Translations under genes and position numbers: made by a program
Assembly: GCA_965248535.1 (NCBI GenBank)
Contig: CBDFJR010000002.1
Span: 1,248,001 to 1,312,000, forward strand
Length of the DNA: 64,000 nucleotides
Direction: 5' to 3'
DNA from: Phormidesmis sp.
GTDB lineage: Bacteria; Cyanobacteriota; Cyanobacteriia; Leptolyngbyales; Leptolyngbyaceae
The notes under the pieces: generated by a model
Told to the model about the DNA's origin: nothing
Database searches by the model: none
What the model saw: only the letters and a program-made list of their open reading frames with translations
Shown here: positions 11,134-20,804 of the stretch, piece after piece
Layout of the letters: each line of letters starts with the position of its first letter
How positions within the stretch are numbered: position 1 is the first letter of the stretch

Positions 11134-11417
11134 TTGAGCATCATCGTCAATAGCCCTTGTTGCCCCAGCAAAATCTCGCGGGCTAGGCTAAATAGCCCGA
11201 CCCAAACGATCGGGGTAATATCGACTCCACCCACGGGGGCAATCAGCTTTCTCGTCACGACCAAAAAAGGCTCCGTCGGAATCGCCACCAGACTAAAGGG
11301 AAATTTGTTGAGCGCCACTTGGGGATACCAGGTGAGCACGATGCGAATGATAAACAGAAAAATCATTAGACCGAGCAAGATGCTCAATGTCAACGAGACA
11401 ACTGGAGGAGAAATCAT
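11130..11417 (-). CDS. YggT/YlmG family membrane protein
   Basis: RIVLTWYP...TEPFL...GGVDITPIV. Confidence 0.88.
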   Translation of the reverse strand: MISPPVVSLTLSILLGLMIFLFIIRIVLTWYPQVALNKFPFSLVAIPTEPFLVVTRKLIAPVGGVDITPIVWVGLFSLAREILLGQQGLLTMMLN

Positions 11418-11612
11418 GAGGCGTTCGATTAAAAGTTTGAAGCTTTGTAAATAAATGCTAGCTAATCCTCATTTTAGCGGTCACAGGCTCTCAATTGAAC
11501 GGCAAAATTTTGGGCGATCGCGATTCCCTATCTCCAGCATCTATGCAACTGTGTGACAAACCCTTAAAATTATGAACACATCGCTTGTTGTAGATAGAGG
11601 ACTTTGAGACTC

Positions 11613-11732
11613 ATGACACCTTCTTTAACAAATTTCTTGTTGAGCTTGCTGGCAGGTGCTGTGGTTGTGCTAGTTCCGGCCACGATCGGGCTGGTCTTCA
11701 TTAGCCAAAAAGATAAAATTCAGCGCTCTTAA
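11613..11732 (+). CDS. psbX: Photosystem II reaction centre protein X (below ORF-track cutoff)
   Basis: Manual translation [39 protein letters not shown]; next to ycf66 and yggT. Confidence 0.95.
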   Translation: MTPSLTNFLLSLLAGAVVVLVPATIGLVFISQKDKIQRS

Positions 11733-11989
11733 GGGCAGGCATTCATTGCCCAACCCTTTTGGGGTCACCGCAAAGTGCCCGCAATTTTCTAAAACCTTGG
11801 TTCTAGCAAAGCAGTGGCTAATATTGGGTCACGATCGCCGCTAAAACTAAGGTTTTTGACTGGATGGGCAAAATCTAGGCTTCAATAAAGCATGAGCAAG
11901 CAATTAAGTCAGTTGGGGCAGTTTGTGCTGGTTAGAATGGAGATCTTAGGCATAACTCGCTACCATAGGACTTACCTAGGAGACAGGGA

Positions 11990-12751
11990 ATGGTTAACTT
12001 TCAGTTCAATCTAGCGAGTATTTCCGGGATTATTCTGGCGGTCGGCGGGGCCGGGCTTTATGCCGTCCGATCGTTCCGTCCTGAGTTATCTAGAGATTCC
12101 GATATTTTCTTTTCGGCCGTCGGGCTGCTGTGCGGCTTAATTCTAATTTTTTATGGCTGGCGCTTTGACCCGATTATGCAGTTTGGTCAAGTGCTGCTGA
12201 CCAGCGCTTCGATCTTTTTCGTGCTCGAAAACTTGCGCCTTCGCAAAGTCTCAACCGAGCAGGCCAAACGCAACACCCCGATCGTAGATTCCGATCGTCC
12301 GGTTAGCTCTCGCTATCGTCAAAGCGCTGAGTTTGAAGACCAAGACGTGATCGAAGATCGGGTGCGTCGTCCTCGCATTCAGGGCACGAGAGATGCGCGG
12401 CAACCTCGCGATGACTATGACGATCGCTCCGGTCGTCGCCCGGCAAGTCGGACTCGCGACGAGCGGCTAAACCCGGCAGATAAAACCCGCAAACCTCGGT
12501 CTCGTCCCGACTATCCAGTGATTGACGCGACGGTTGACTCTGATGAGTTTGACGATCGCGCCCGCAACCGCAATGCAGCGCCACGATCGGGCAATCCCTC
12601 TCAAGGGTCTTCTAGACCGAGACGACCTCGCCCCACTGATGAAGAAGCCACCAACCGCCGCAGAAATGCTGAAGAGCCGCCCTCTGATTATGTTGACTAT
12701 CGTCCGGTTGAGCCAAATGACAACGAGAATGATAACTGGGGGGAGTCTTAA
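11990..12751 (+). CDS. ycf66: Ycf66 family protein
   Basis: RPELSRDSDIFF...GWRFDPIMQFGQ, then R/D-rich tail; AGGAG RBS. Confidence 0.9.
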   Translation: MVNFQFNLASISGIILAVGGAGLYAVRSFRPELSRDSDIFFSAVGLLCGLILIFYGWRFDPIMQFGQVLLTSASIFFVLENLRLRKVSTEQAKRNTPIVDSDRPVSSRYRQSAEFEDQDVIEDRVRRPRIQGTRDARQPRDDYDDRSGRRPASRTRDERLNPADKTRKPRSRPDYPVIDATVDSDEFDDRARNRNAAPRSGNPSQGSSRPRRPRPTDEEATNRRRNAEEPPSDYVDYRPVEPNDNENDNWGES

Positions 12752-12818
12752 CCTTCTGGTTTGAGCTAGATCGCGGCGATCGTAGATCTCACCTGTCTTA
12801 ATCCCTCCAGGACTTCTT

Positions 12819-13433
12819 GTGATCAGAGAAGTGGGAGGGATTTGTTATGAAATGGCTTTAAAAAAGAGCAGAGACAATGTGAAAAGTGTGGCGGGTTCGA
12901 GGATTAATTTAATGACTCGGCTGGTACTAGTAGGTTCGTTAGCAGCGTGCAGTCCGACCGGAGTTCCGATGGGGTCAACCTCGCTCAACAGTCGCCAAAA
13001 CGACGAGCAACCTGCTCTAAGTGGCGATGGGCGCATTTTGGCATTTGTGTCGAGCCGTGAAGGAAGCCGCAACATTTTGCTCTATAACTTAGAACAGCAA
13101 CAGTTTATTAACCTCGAACGTCTCAATCGCCCCAATGCGATCGCTGAAAATCCCAGTCTTAGCTATACGGGACGCTATCTGGCTTATGTCGCCAGCGATC
13201 GCGGCATTCCTGAAATTAGGCTTTACGATCGGGCCACTCAGCAGTCGCAGGTGTTAATGTCTGCCTACCAGGGTTGGCTGCGCCGCCCCAGCATCAGCCC
13301 CGACGGGCGCTATGTCACTTTTGAAAGCAGCACTCGCGGACAGTGGGATATCGAAGTGCTCGATCGCGGTGCTTTTGTGGAGCTAGACATTCCCAACGAT
13401 CGTCCCAATCTCTCGCCCACTACTGCCCCTTGA
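12819..13433 (+). CDS. TolB-like (PD40 repeat) lipoprotein
   Basis: Lipobox LAAC; PALSGDGR, PSLSYTGR, PSISPDGR repeats; true start probably downstream. Confidence 0.8.
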   Translation: MIREVGGICYEMALKKSRDNVKSVAGSRINLMTRLVLVGSLAACSPTGVPMGSTSLNSRQNDEQPALSGDGRILAFVSSREGSRNILLYNLEQQQFINLERLNRPNAIAENPSLSYTGRYLAYVASDRGIPEIRLYDRATQQSQVLMSAYQGWLRRPSISPDGRYVTFESSTRGQWDIEVLDRGAFVELDIPNDRPNLSPTTAP

Positions 13434-13442
13434 TGAGTTTTT

Positions 13443-13967
13443 GTGTCTAAGCGCGTTGTTTTTTTTGGGTGGGTTACGATCGCCGCACTGCTGAATAGCT
13501 GCGGGGGCCCAACGTTGCTGCCGTTTCCCTTTGATCCCGGTGGGCGCAGTCTCAACAGTCCCTTTTCAGACCTATCACCGCGCATGGCAGGGCGATTTAT
13601 TGTGTTTGCGTCCGATCGCCGCGGCACTCAAGATATCTATCTCTACGACACGGTTGAGCAGCGTTTGTTAAATCTGCCGGGACTCAATTCTCTAGATCTG
13701 ATGGCCTCCAGTCCAGGGGTATCAGACGACGGGCGATTTATCGTGTTTGCAGGCAGTCGCCAGGGAATCACCGGAATTTATTTGTACGATCGTGACTTTC
13801 GTCAGTTGCGTAACCTGACCGAAAATATCCGAGCAGAAGTCAGAAACCCCACCATCAGCGCCAACGGAGCCACGATCGCCTTTGAGTCAAACGCCAGAGG
13901 GCAATGGGATATCTTGCTCTATAGCCGAGCCGGACAGCCGCTAGCCATACCAACCGATCCCCGCTAG
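13443..13967 (+). CDS. TolB-like (PD40 repeat) lipoprotein, tandem paralog
   Basis: Lipobox LNSC; FASDRRG, PGVSDDGR, PTISANG, GQWDI. Confidence 0.8.
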   Translation: MSKRVVFFGWVTIAALLNSCGGPTLLPFPFDPGGRSLNSPFSDLSPRMAGRFIVFASDRRGTQDIYLYDTVEQRLLNLPGLNSLDLMASSPGVSDDGRFIVFAGSRQGITGIYLYDRDFRQLRNLTENIRAEVRNPTISANGATIAFESNARGQWDILLYSRAGQPLAIPTDPR

Positions 13968-13968
13968 G

Positions 13969-14086
13969 AGGGGCATGGCATCGCCGTGCCCCGTATCCAT
14001 GCCAACAACCGACACTATTTAATCGCCTTCGGAGGTGGCTTTTTTTGCATGGCATCGCCGTGCCCCGCATCCATGCCAGCAACCGA
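13969..14086. repeat. Two REP-like palindrome copies (40-bp direct repeat) flanking a terminator-like hairpin
   Basis: gcatggcatcgccgtgccccgyatccatgccarcaaccga at 13973-14012 and 14047-14086 (2 mismatches); cgccttcggaggtg plus T-run between them. Confidence 0.8.
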
Positions 14087-14103
14087 GATCATATCTCCGC
14101 TCT

Positions 14104-14289
14104 CTAGCGCAGCCCCAGCCAGCTAAAGAAGTCTTGACGAGTAAAAAATTCTAACGCCAACAAACTGACAAAGCCAATCATGGCAAAGCGCCCGTTGACT
14201 TGCTCTGCATAAGCCGTCCATCCAAAACCAGGTTGGGGCTGATTTGAGGGTTCTACGATCGTTTCTGGGGTGGGAGGTTGAGAAGTCAT
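14104..14289 (-). CDS. hli: High-light-inducible protein (CAB/ELIP/HLIP)
   Basis: [19 protein letters not shown] chlorophyll-binding motif. Confidence 0.93.
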   Translation of the reverse strand: MTSQPPTPETIVEPSNQPQPGFGWTAYAEQVNGRFAMIGFVSLLALEFFTRQDFFSWLGLR

Positions 14290-14340
14290 GATGAGTCGTT
14301 AAAAACGTTAACTGAGCAAAAGTCTGGGCAAGCAATGCCC

Positions 14341-15333
14341 TTAATGAGAAGACTGGACGGATTCGATCAGCGATCGTACCTGCTTTGTCCCTTCAGACGG
14401 CTCGAATTTTGTCGGAAACTTGCCGCGACCGAGCATTCGCACGCCCAATGGCACCAAGCTCATCAGTCCCCTCACATCTTTAAGGCTGTTGCCCACCACC
14501 TGCAAGCCAAACTGCCGCTCATCGATCCAGCCACCTTGTTTGACTAAATCAATCAGGGTTTTACGGTGACGAATCGATCGGCTTATGGGTTGATCATTAC
14601 GCGCTAGAATCTGGCTCTTGATTTTGCCAATTTGATCCATCGGCGCAACTTCCATCGGGCACACACTGTTGCAAAAATAGCAGCGAGTGCAGCCCCAAAC
14701 CCCCTCAGTGCCTTGATTATATTTTTCAAGGCGGGCATCGGTCTGGTCATCGCGAGAGTCTGCCACCATGCGATAAGCCTTGGCTAGGGCGTGGGGGCCG
14801 ACAAACTCAGGGTTGACCTCACGAGCATTGCACTCAGAATAACAAGCCCCGCACATGATGCAGTTTCCAGTTTGGTTAAGCTGCGATCGCTCGGCTGGCG
14901 TTTGCAAAAACTCTCGCTCTGGCACCTGTCGCGCCGCCGTGCTCACATAGGGATCGACCGCTTTAAGATTGGCCCAAAAGCCCTTCATATCGACGACCAA
15001 ATCTTTAATCACAGGCATATTGCCCATCGGCGCGATCGTGATTTCTGGAGCGTGATCGGGCGCTGAAAGCGTTGAACTTGCCGAAAACCGAGCGATTTCG
15101 CTGCCTACATTTTCTTTGCAAGCTAGCGTCGATCGACCATTAATTCGCATTGAGCAACTGCCGCAAATAGTGTTGCGACAATTTTTCCTAAAGGCCAGCG
15201 TGCCGTCTTGCTGCCATTTAATTTGATTGAGACAATCTAGAATCGTAGCGCTTGATTCTACGTCGAGCCGATAAGACTCAATTTTTGGTGAAGAGTTTTG
15301 GTCTTGACGAACAATCTTAAAAACAACTTGCAT
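14341..15333 (-). CDS. sdhB: Succinate dehydrogenase iron-sulfur subunit
   Basis: CRNTICGSC, CIMCGACYSEC, CTRCYFCNSVCP Fe-S motifs. Confidence 0.95.
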   Translation of the reverse strand: MQVVFKIVRQDQNSSPKIESYRLDVESSATILDCLNQIKWQQDGTLAFRKNCRNTICGSCSMRINGRSTLACKENVGSEIARFSASSTLSAPDHAPEITIAPMGNMPVIKDLVVDMKGFWANLKAVDPYVSTAARQVPEREFLQTPAERSQLNQTGNCIMCGACYSECNAREVNPEFVGPHALAKAYRMVADSRDDQTDARLEKYNQGTEGVWGCTRCYFCNSVCPMEVAPMDQIGKIKSQILARNDQPISRSIRHRKTLIDLVKQGGWIDERQFGLQVVGNSLKDVRGLMSLVPLGVRMLGRGKFPTKFEPSEGTKQVRSLIESVQSSH

Positions 15334-15824
15334 TCTAGAAACCAAAAAACTGCAACTTTAAGGGTCTGAGCAATGGAGAGCTAGGGCAACTTTAACGCCA
15401 AGAAAACCCCATTTGAAGAATCAGCAACTTTTAAGGTGAATAGTTTGTTACAAAAAGAGTTGGCTCTCGACGGGCAATCTCTGCATCGATCTTGACCCAA
15501 AAATAGCGCTCACCCCAGACTTTAGTCTAGCATTTTGCTCAAATTGTTCTGAGCAATTTGAACAAGTCAGACGGGATGCTGCTGACAGATGCACACAATT
15601 AAGCGTTAGCAGCGAGGGGCTTGAGCCATTTTTTTGCAAGCGTTGATGAAATATCAGCCAATCTCATCAGGCTTGATCGAGAAAAGATGATTGAAGTGAT
15701 GAATAGTGAATTATTTAAACAAAAATGTTGTGCAGATAGAGCAGATTAGAGATATATTTTATTAGGTCAAACATTCAACATTGACTCTTTACCATTTCAG
15801 AAATCTAGGGATATTCTGTAGCAG

Positions 15825-16238
15825 ATGACTGAAACTGCAACTGCCCCTTTAACCGGGAAGGCGTTACTTCAAAAAGTAAAAGAGCTGTCACATTTGCCGC
15901 GCCGAGAAACTGCAAAGCGATGTGGCTATTACACCGTCACTAAGAATAGTCAAACTCGCGTTAACCTGACAGATTTCTATGATGCTTTGCTGGTCGCCAG
16001 AGGGGTTCCTCTCAGTCCAGAGGGGTCAAAAGATGGTCGTGGGCGAGAACCGACCTATCGAGTCAGTGTGCATCAAAATGGTCAGATTGTGATTGGGGCA
16101 GCCTACACTAAAGCGATGGGCTTAAAGCCTGGAGATGAGTTTGAAATTAAGCTGGGTTACAAACATATTCACTTGATTCAGATAGATGCTGATAAGAGTG
16201 ATCAAAACGGTTCCAACGCAGACGAAGTAGAGGAATAA
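15825..16238 (+). CDS. Cyanobacterial AbrB-like transcriptional regulator (cyAbrB)
   Basis: LTGKALLQKVKEL, CGYY, GRGREPTYRVSVHQNGQIVIG, LKPGDEFEIKLG. Confidence 0.93.
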   Translation: MTETATAPLTGKALLQKVKELSHLPRRETAKRCGYYTVTKNSQTRVNLTDFYDALLVARGVPLSPEGSKDGRGREPTYRVSVHQNGQIVIGAAYTKAMGLKPGDEFEIKLGYKHIHLIQIDADKSDQNGSNADEVEE

Positions 16239-16295
16239 CCTCTCTAAAAAGGCGATCGCCATCGCTGGAAAAGACTTCATTTTCTAATTTGTTTT

Positions 16296-17138
16296 ATGCC
16301 TATTTTTGATCGTGCCCACCCGTTTTTTGCATTTTTTGCGGAAGCTTCGGTGCCGATCAAGATAGGCATCTTTTTTGCTGTCTGGGTGACGATTTGGCTC
16401 CCGATCGCGGTTCCGTTAGCGATCTCCCTTCAGTGGCATCCCTTAAAGCCCCTAGAAATTCGTCAAAAACTGCCCCTCGTTGCCTCACTCTATCTGCTAG
16501 CCCCGATCGTGCTCTGGGCAGCCGCCTGGGTGCAAAACCTTCCCTTCAGCAGCTATGGGCTATCTGGCAGCTTGGCTGATTTAGCATCTCTAGGTCGCGG
16601 GTTGGTCGTGGGTACGATCGGGCTAGTCGTTTTGTTTGGAGTTCAGATTCTAGTAGGCTGGGTCAACTGGAGGTCAGACCACTTGCCGCAGTTGCGATCG
16701 GTGCTGCTGCCAACCTTGTTTTTAGGGCTGTGGATCGCAGTCACCGAAGAACTGATTTTTAGAGGATTTTTGCTGGGGCAGCTTGAGCAAGCCTATGGCG
16801 TATGGAGCGGCGCGATCGTCTCCAGTCTGATTTTTGCCCTGCTGCACCTAGTCTGGGAAGGTTCAGAAAATATTCCCCAGCTACCAGGGCTATGGCTAAT
16901 GGGCATGGTGCTTTGTCTAGCGCAGAGCATTGATCACCATCGTCTAGGGCTAGCCTGGGGTCTTCATGCAGGATGGGTTTGGGGCATGGCCAGCCTTGAC
17001 TCTGCCCATCTGATCGGCTATACGGGGCGTGCTTCAGACTGGCTAACAGGTTTAAAAGAAAAGCCCCTAGCAGGGGCGATGGGGCTGCTGTTTTTGCTGA
17101 CCACGGCGGGCGGGCTGTGGGCCATCAGCAGTCAATAA
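16296..17138 (+). CDS. CPBP (CAAX/Abi) intramembrane glutamic endopeptidase
   Basis: EELIFRG, FALLH, GLHAGW motifs. Confidence 0.9.
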   Translation: MPIFDRAHPFFAFFAEASVPIKIGIFFAVWVTIWLPIAVPLAISLQWHPLKPLEIRQKLPLVASLYLLAPIVLWAAAWVQNLPFSSYGLSGSLADLASLGRGLVVGTIGLVVLFGVQILVGWVNWRSDHLPQLRSVLLPTLFLGLWIAVTEELIFRGFLLGQLEQAYGVWSGAIVSSLIFALLHLVWEGSENIPQLPGLWLMGMVLCLAQSIDHHRLGLAWGLHAGWVWGMASLDSAHLIGYTGRASDWLTGLKEKPLAGAMGLLFLLTTAGGLWAISSQ

Positions 17139-17140
17139 TC

Positions 17141-17917
17141 TCAAAACTTGAAGGCCGCCCAATCTGACTCGCGATAATAGTCAGCCATGTTGTCAAACTT
17201 GTGAAGCTCTGCCCGATCGACGCAAAACGCTTGGGGTTGACCACCGAGCCACTGCTGATTGAGATCATCTAAAGTTTGACCCAAACGATCGGAGGCGGCC
17301 GAAAGAGCGCCAAAATAGCCCAAGGTCACATGGGGCGTAAAGTAATACTGCTGCTCAATGCCGATCGCAATCACATCGGGATTTTGATAGATCGCCCGGC
17401 GCAGCTTCAGCACTCGCTCATAGGATTCTTCATCGGTGGGGGCCAGACACAGCCCGATCGCACGGGGCATCACCATCAACCCCAAAGCCTGAAAGCAAAT
17501 CGGCTTACTTTGAGAGAGCGTCTGACTCTGGTTAAAACTGTGGGCAATGCGATCGCGCAACTGAGTTTCAAACTCAGGATTTTCGCTAGCATGACGATAA
17601 GCGCTATCCCAGATCAGATCAGCCACCGTCATGTGAAAGCTCTTGGGCGGCACTGGCAGCAGCAAATTTTCGCCTAGCTGCTGCACTAACTGAGCTTGAA
17701 ACTGGGTCAAGCGATCGTAGAGCGCCCCGTTTTCTCGATCGGCGGCTCCACACGGAGTCACCACGGCATAACCGGGAAACTCGGCGACTTGCCACCCGTG
17801 ATCAGGGTGATGTTGAAACTTAGGCGACTCTTGAATGTGCTGCACCTGCGACCTGTAGGTGTCTGGGAGCGTCATCCGCATCACCCGATTGAGGTAGGTC
17901 TGATAGTTTTCGTCCAA
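17141..17917 (-). CDS. DUF1868 / 2H phosphoesterase superfamily protein
   Basis: Two HxT motifs (FHMTV, PHVTL); probable TTG start at 17917. Confidence 0.75.
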   Translation of the reverse strand: MDENYQTYLNRVMRMTLPDTYRSQVQHIQESPKFQHHPDHGWQVAEFPGYAVVTPCGAADRENGALYDRLTQFQAQLVQQLGENLLLPVPPKSFHMTVADLIWDSAYRHASENPEFETQLRDRIAHSFNQSQTLSQSKPICFQALGLMVMPRAIGLCLAPTDEESYERVLKLRRAIYQNPDVIAIGIEQQYYFTPHVTLGYFGALSAASDRLGQTLDDLNQQWLGGQPQAFCVDRAELHKFDNMADYYRESDWAAFKF

Positions 17918-18123
17918 TCTCGATCGCCTCGCGCTGTAAATCAATAGTTTAAAAGTCCACCCTTAATCTAACGGCAAAGTGCCGCTTTGCTCTGGGAGAT
18001 CTCAGCATTCCCACCCCAACCCAAGGCAGTGGGGATCATCTTAAGAAATCTTTAAGAATTGGGTCGCTGGACGCTGGACTCTGTTCAGTCTACAGTCTAA
18101 AGTTCTCTGTCTAAAACTGGTGT

Positions 18124-19107
18124 ATGGCAATTTACCTCTATTGGGGAGAAGATAGCTTCGCGATCGCCCAAGCCGTCAAAGCGCTTCAGAAAAAAACTCT
18201 TGATCCCACTTGGGAGAGCTTTAATGTAGACAAAATTTCTCCCGATCAGCCTGACGCAATTATTCAAGGACTCAATCAAGCGATGACTCCGCCCTTTGGT
18301 GCTGGCGATCGCTTTGTCTGGCTAGTCGAGACGACTCTGGTTCAACGCTGCTCAGAAAGCCTGCTGGCAGAGCTAGAACGAACGCTGCCAGCCATTCTCA
18401 AGACCACGACTCTGCTGCTAACCAGTTTGAGCAAACCTGACGGGCGGCTAAAATCGACCAAACTGCTGCAAAAATATGCCTCAATCCAAGAGTTTTCGCC
18501 GATTCCGCCGTGGAAGACTGACCTATTGATCAAACAAGTGCAGCAGGTCGCGAGAGAACTGGAGGTCAAGCTAACCGCCGACAGTGCCGAGTTTTTAGCG
18601 GAAGCGATCGGCAACAACACCCAGCAACTCTATCGCGATCTCGAAAAGATCCGGCTCTTGGGCAGCGACTCAAAAACTCCCTTGACCGTCGAAGCGATCG
18701 CGCCCCTGATCACGGCCAGCACTCAAAACAGCTTGCAGTTAGTCACTGCCATTCTCGAAGGAAAAACCGATCGAGCGCTGGAACTGGTCACAGAATTGCT
18801 GCGTCAAAATGAACCAGCCCTCAAAATTCTGGCAACCCTAGTGGGGCAGTTTCGGCAGCGACTGTGGATCAAAATCATGGTGGAGTCAGGCGAACGTGAC
18901 GATCGGGCGATCGCCCAAGCCGCCGAACTCAACAATCCCAAAAAGCTTTATTTTTTGCAAAAAGAACTCGCCAAAATTTCAGCCACCCAACTGCAACAGA
19001 CCTTGCCCCTGCTGCTGGAATTAGAGTTTAGTCTCAAGCGGGGAGCCGAAGAAACTTCGACCTTGCAGACCAAAGCGATCGAACTTTGTCAACTCTTCAA
19101 GACCTAA
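18124..19107 (+). CDS. holA: DNA polymerase III subunit delta
   Basis: IYLYWGED, AMTPPFG, KPDGRLK, LLELEFSLKRG. Confidence 0.92.
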   Translation: MAIYLYWGEDSFAIAQAVKALQKKTLDPTWESFNVDKISPDQPDAIIQGLNQAMTPPFGAGDRFVWLVETTLVQRCSESLLAELERTLPAILKTTTLLLTSLSKPDGRLKSTKLLQKYASIQEFSPIPPWKTDLLIKQVQQVARELEVKLTADSAEFLAEAIGNNTQQLYRDLEKIRLLGSDSKTPLTVEAIAPLITASTQNSLQLVTAILEGKTDRALELVTELLRQNEPALKILATLVGQFRQRLWIKIMVESGERDDRAIAQAAELNNPKKLYFLQKELAKISATQLQQTLPLLLELEFSLKRGAEETSTLQTKAIELCQLFKT

Positions 19108-19187
19108 ATCACGCTGATTTAAAGTCCTGTAGTGATTAAAATCAAAACCTGATTATTTTCTGGAACTTCTTGCCCATAAAATAACTC

Positions 19188-19733
19188 ATGATTATTAAAG
19201 CAACCTCGTGTGCTAGTTTTCGGAATGTCACACTCCCTATGATGAACCGCGCCTTTCATTTACCCTCTCGCTTAAACAAAATGTTCGCTCGATCACTGAC
19301 GTTAGGCACTCTCTCAGTTCTGAGTCTCGGCTTGGGTCTGACTCCCAAGCTCTCTTTCCAGACGGCTCATCTGTTTGATTCGGCTGCTTATGCTCAGTCT
19401 CAAGAGCCGACCTTTACCCGCTATGTCAGAGCCGCCTACGAGCTAGAAATCACCCGCAGACCCCTCGATGAAGAGGTCAAAAAGCTAACGGGCGGCAACG
19501 CACCCAGCAATGTTTGCAGCAATGTTGACCAAGTTCAAGCCGATGTTCGCGATCGCGTCAGAGATATCTGTGCTGGGTTTGCCACTCAAAGACGCACGAT
19601 CGTCTACGACAAATACAAACTCAGTCAAGAAGAGTTCAATAGCTTTCAACGACAGATGCTTGATGCGTCAACCCGCGCTGACATGGAAGGCAAAGTCAAC
19701 GCCGAGCTAAAGCGGCTAGGTCTGATCAAATAA
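19188..19733 (+). CDS. Secreted protein, DUF4168-like
   Basis: Signal peptide ending [13 protein letters not shown]; Cys pair; LSQEEFN. Confidence 0.6.
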   Translation: MIIKATSCASFRNVTLPMMNRAFHLPSRLNKMFARSLTLGTLSVLSLGLGLTPKLSFQTAHLFDSAAYAQSQEPTFTRYVRAAYELEITRRPLDEEVKKLTGGNAPSNVCSNVDQVQADVRDRVRDICAGFATQRRTIVYDKYKLSQEEFNSFQRQMLDASTRADMEGKVNAELKRLGLIK

Positions 19734-19753
19734 ACCGATCGAGGCAGTGGCTT

Positions 19754-20443
19754 ATGGGACGTTATGTAGACGCAGATCCCTATCCCTATCCCTTTAACGG
19801 AGATTTGCGCCCAGAGAATACGGTGATTTTGGTGATCGATATGCAAACCGATTTTTGTGGAATCGGGGGCTATGTCGATCGCATGGGCTACGATCTGTCG
19901 CTGACGCGGGCCCCGATCGAGCCGATCAAAACTCTGCTCTCGGTGGCTCGTGCCAAGGGCTTTCACATCATGCACACCCGCGAGGGGCATCGCCCTGACC
20001 TGTCTGACCTGCCCGAAAACAAACAGTGGCGCAGTCGGCAAATCGGCGCGGGCATTGGCGATCTCGGCCCCTGCGGCAGAATTTTGGTGCGGGGTGAGCC
20101 GGGTTGGGAGATCATTTCCGATCTGGCCCCGTTGCCGGGAGAAGCCGTGATCGACAAGCCGGGCAAGGGTTCGTTTTATGCCACTGATCTAGATTTATTG
20201 TTAAAGCGGCAGGGCATTCAAAACATCGTGCTGACGGGCATCACGACTGATGTTTGTGTGCATACGACGATGCGAGATGCCAACGATCGGGGCTATGAAT
20301 GTCTCTTATTATCTGACTGCACGGGCGCAACTGACTATGACAACCATCTCGCTGCTTTAAAGATGGTCAAAATGCAGGGTGGCGTGTTTGGTGCGGTTGC
20401 TGATTCGGCAGCTTTGATCAAAGCGCTACAAGCTGAGTGCTGA
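19754..20443 (+). CDS. biuH: Cysteine hydrolase, biuret hydrolase (BiuH)-like
   Basis: [52 protein letters not shown]. Confidence 0.8.
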   Translation: MGRYVDADPYPYPFNGDLRPENTVILVIDMQTDFCGIGGYVDRMGYDLSLTRAPIEPIKTLLSVARAKGFHIMHTREGHRPDLSDLPENKQWRSRQIGAGIGDLGPCGRILVRGEPGWEIISDLAPLPGEAVIDKPGKGSFYATDLDLLLKRQGIQNIVLTGITTDVCVHTTMRDANDRGYECLLLSDCTGATDYDNHLAALKMVKMQGGVFGAVADSAALIKALQAEC

Positions 20444-20804
20444 AATTTGGGTTATCAGATTACTCAAGAAATTTCTATTAAACTTTGAATTCATATTAGA
20501 AAAAATCCTCAAACTGTAAAAAAGATTGATTGCAGCATTGGCTCAAAGACTTTAGTAGTCAGGAATACTGTATAGAGTTGTCATCAGGTTTGATTAATTC
20601 ATTGGTTTGTGTAGTGATCCCGATCGCTTTGTCAACAGACACGTTGTAAAACTCATCTCCAAATGTTTGATCTGCTCTTCTTTAAGTGTTTGAAATAACA
20701 TCAACACGTTAAAACATTCTTAGAAAACTCAGCCAATCCTACTATCTTCGCTACGAATTGGGTAACCGCAATTCTGCAAAATCCTGAACGGATAGGAGAT
20801 ACGA

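Noticed and set aside
20444..20804. FNR/NtcA-type site in the AT-rich cydA upstream region
   Set aside because: No convincing TTGAT-N4-ATCAA or GTA-N8-TAC match found by eye
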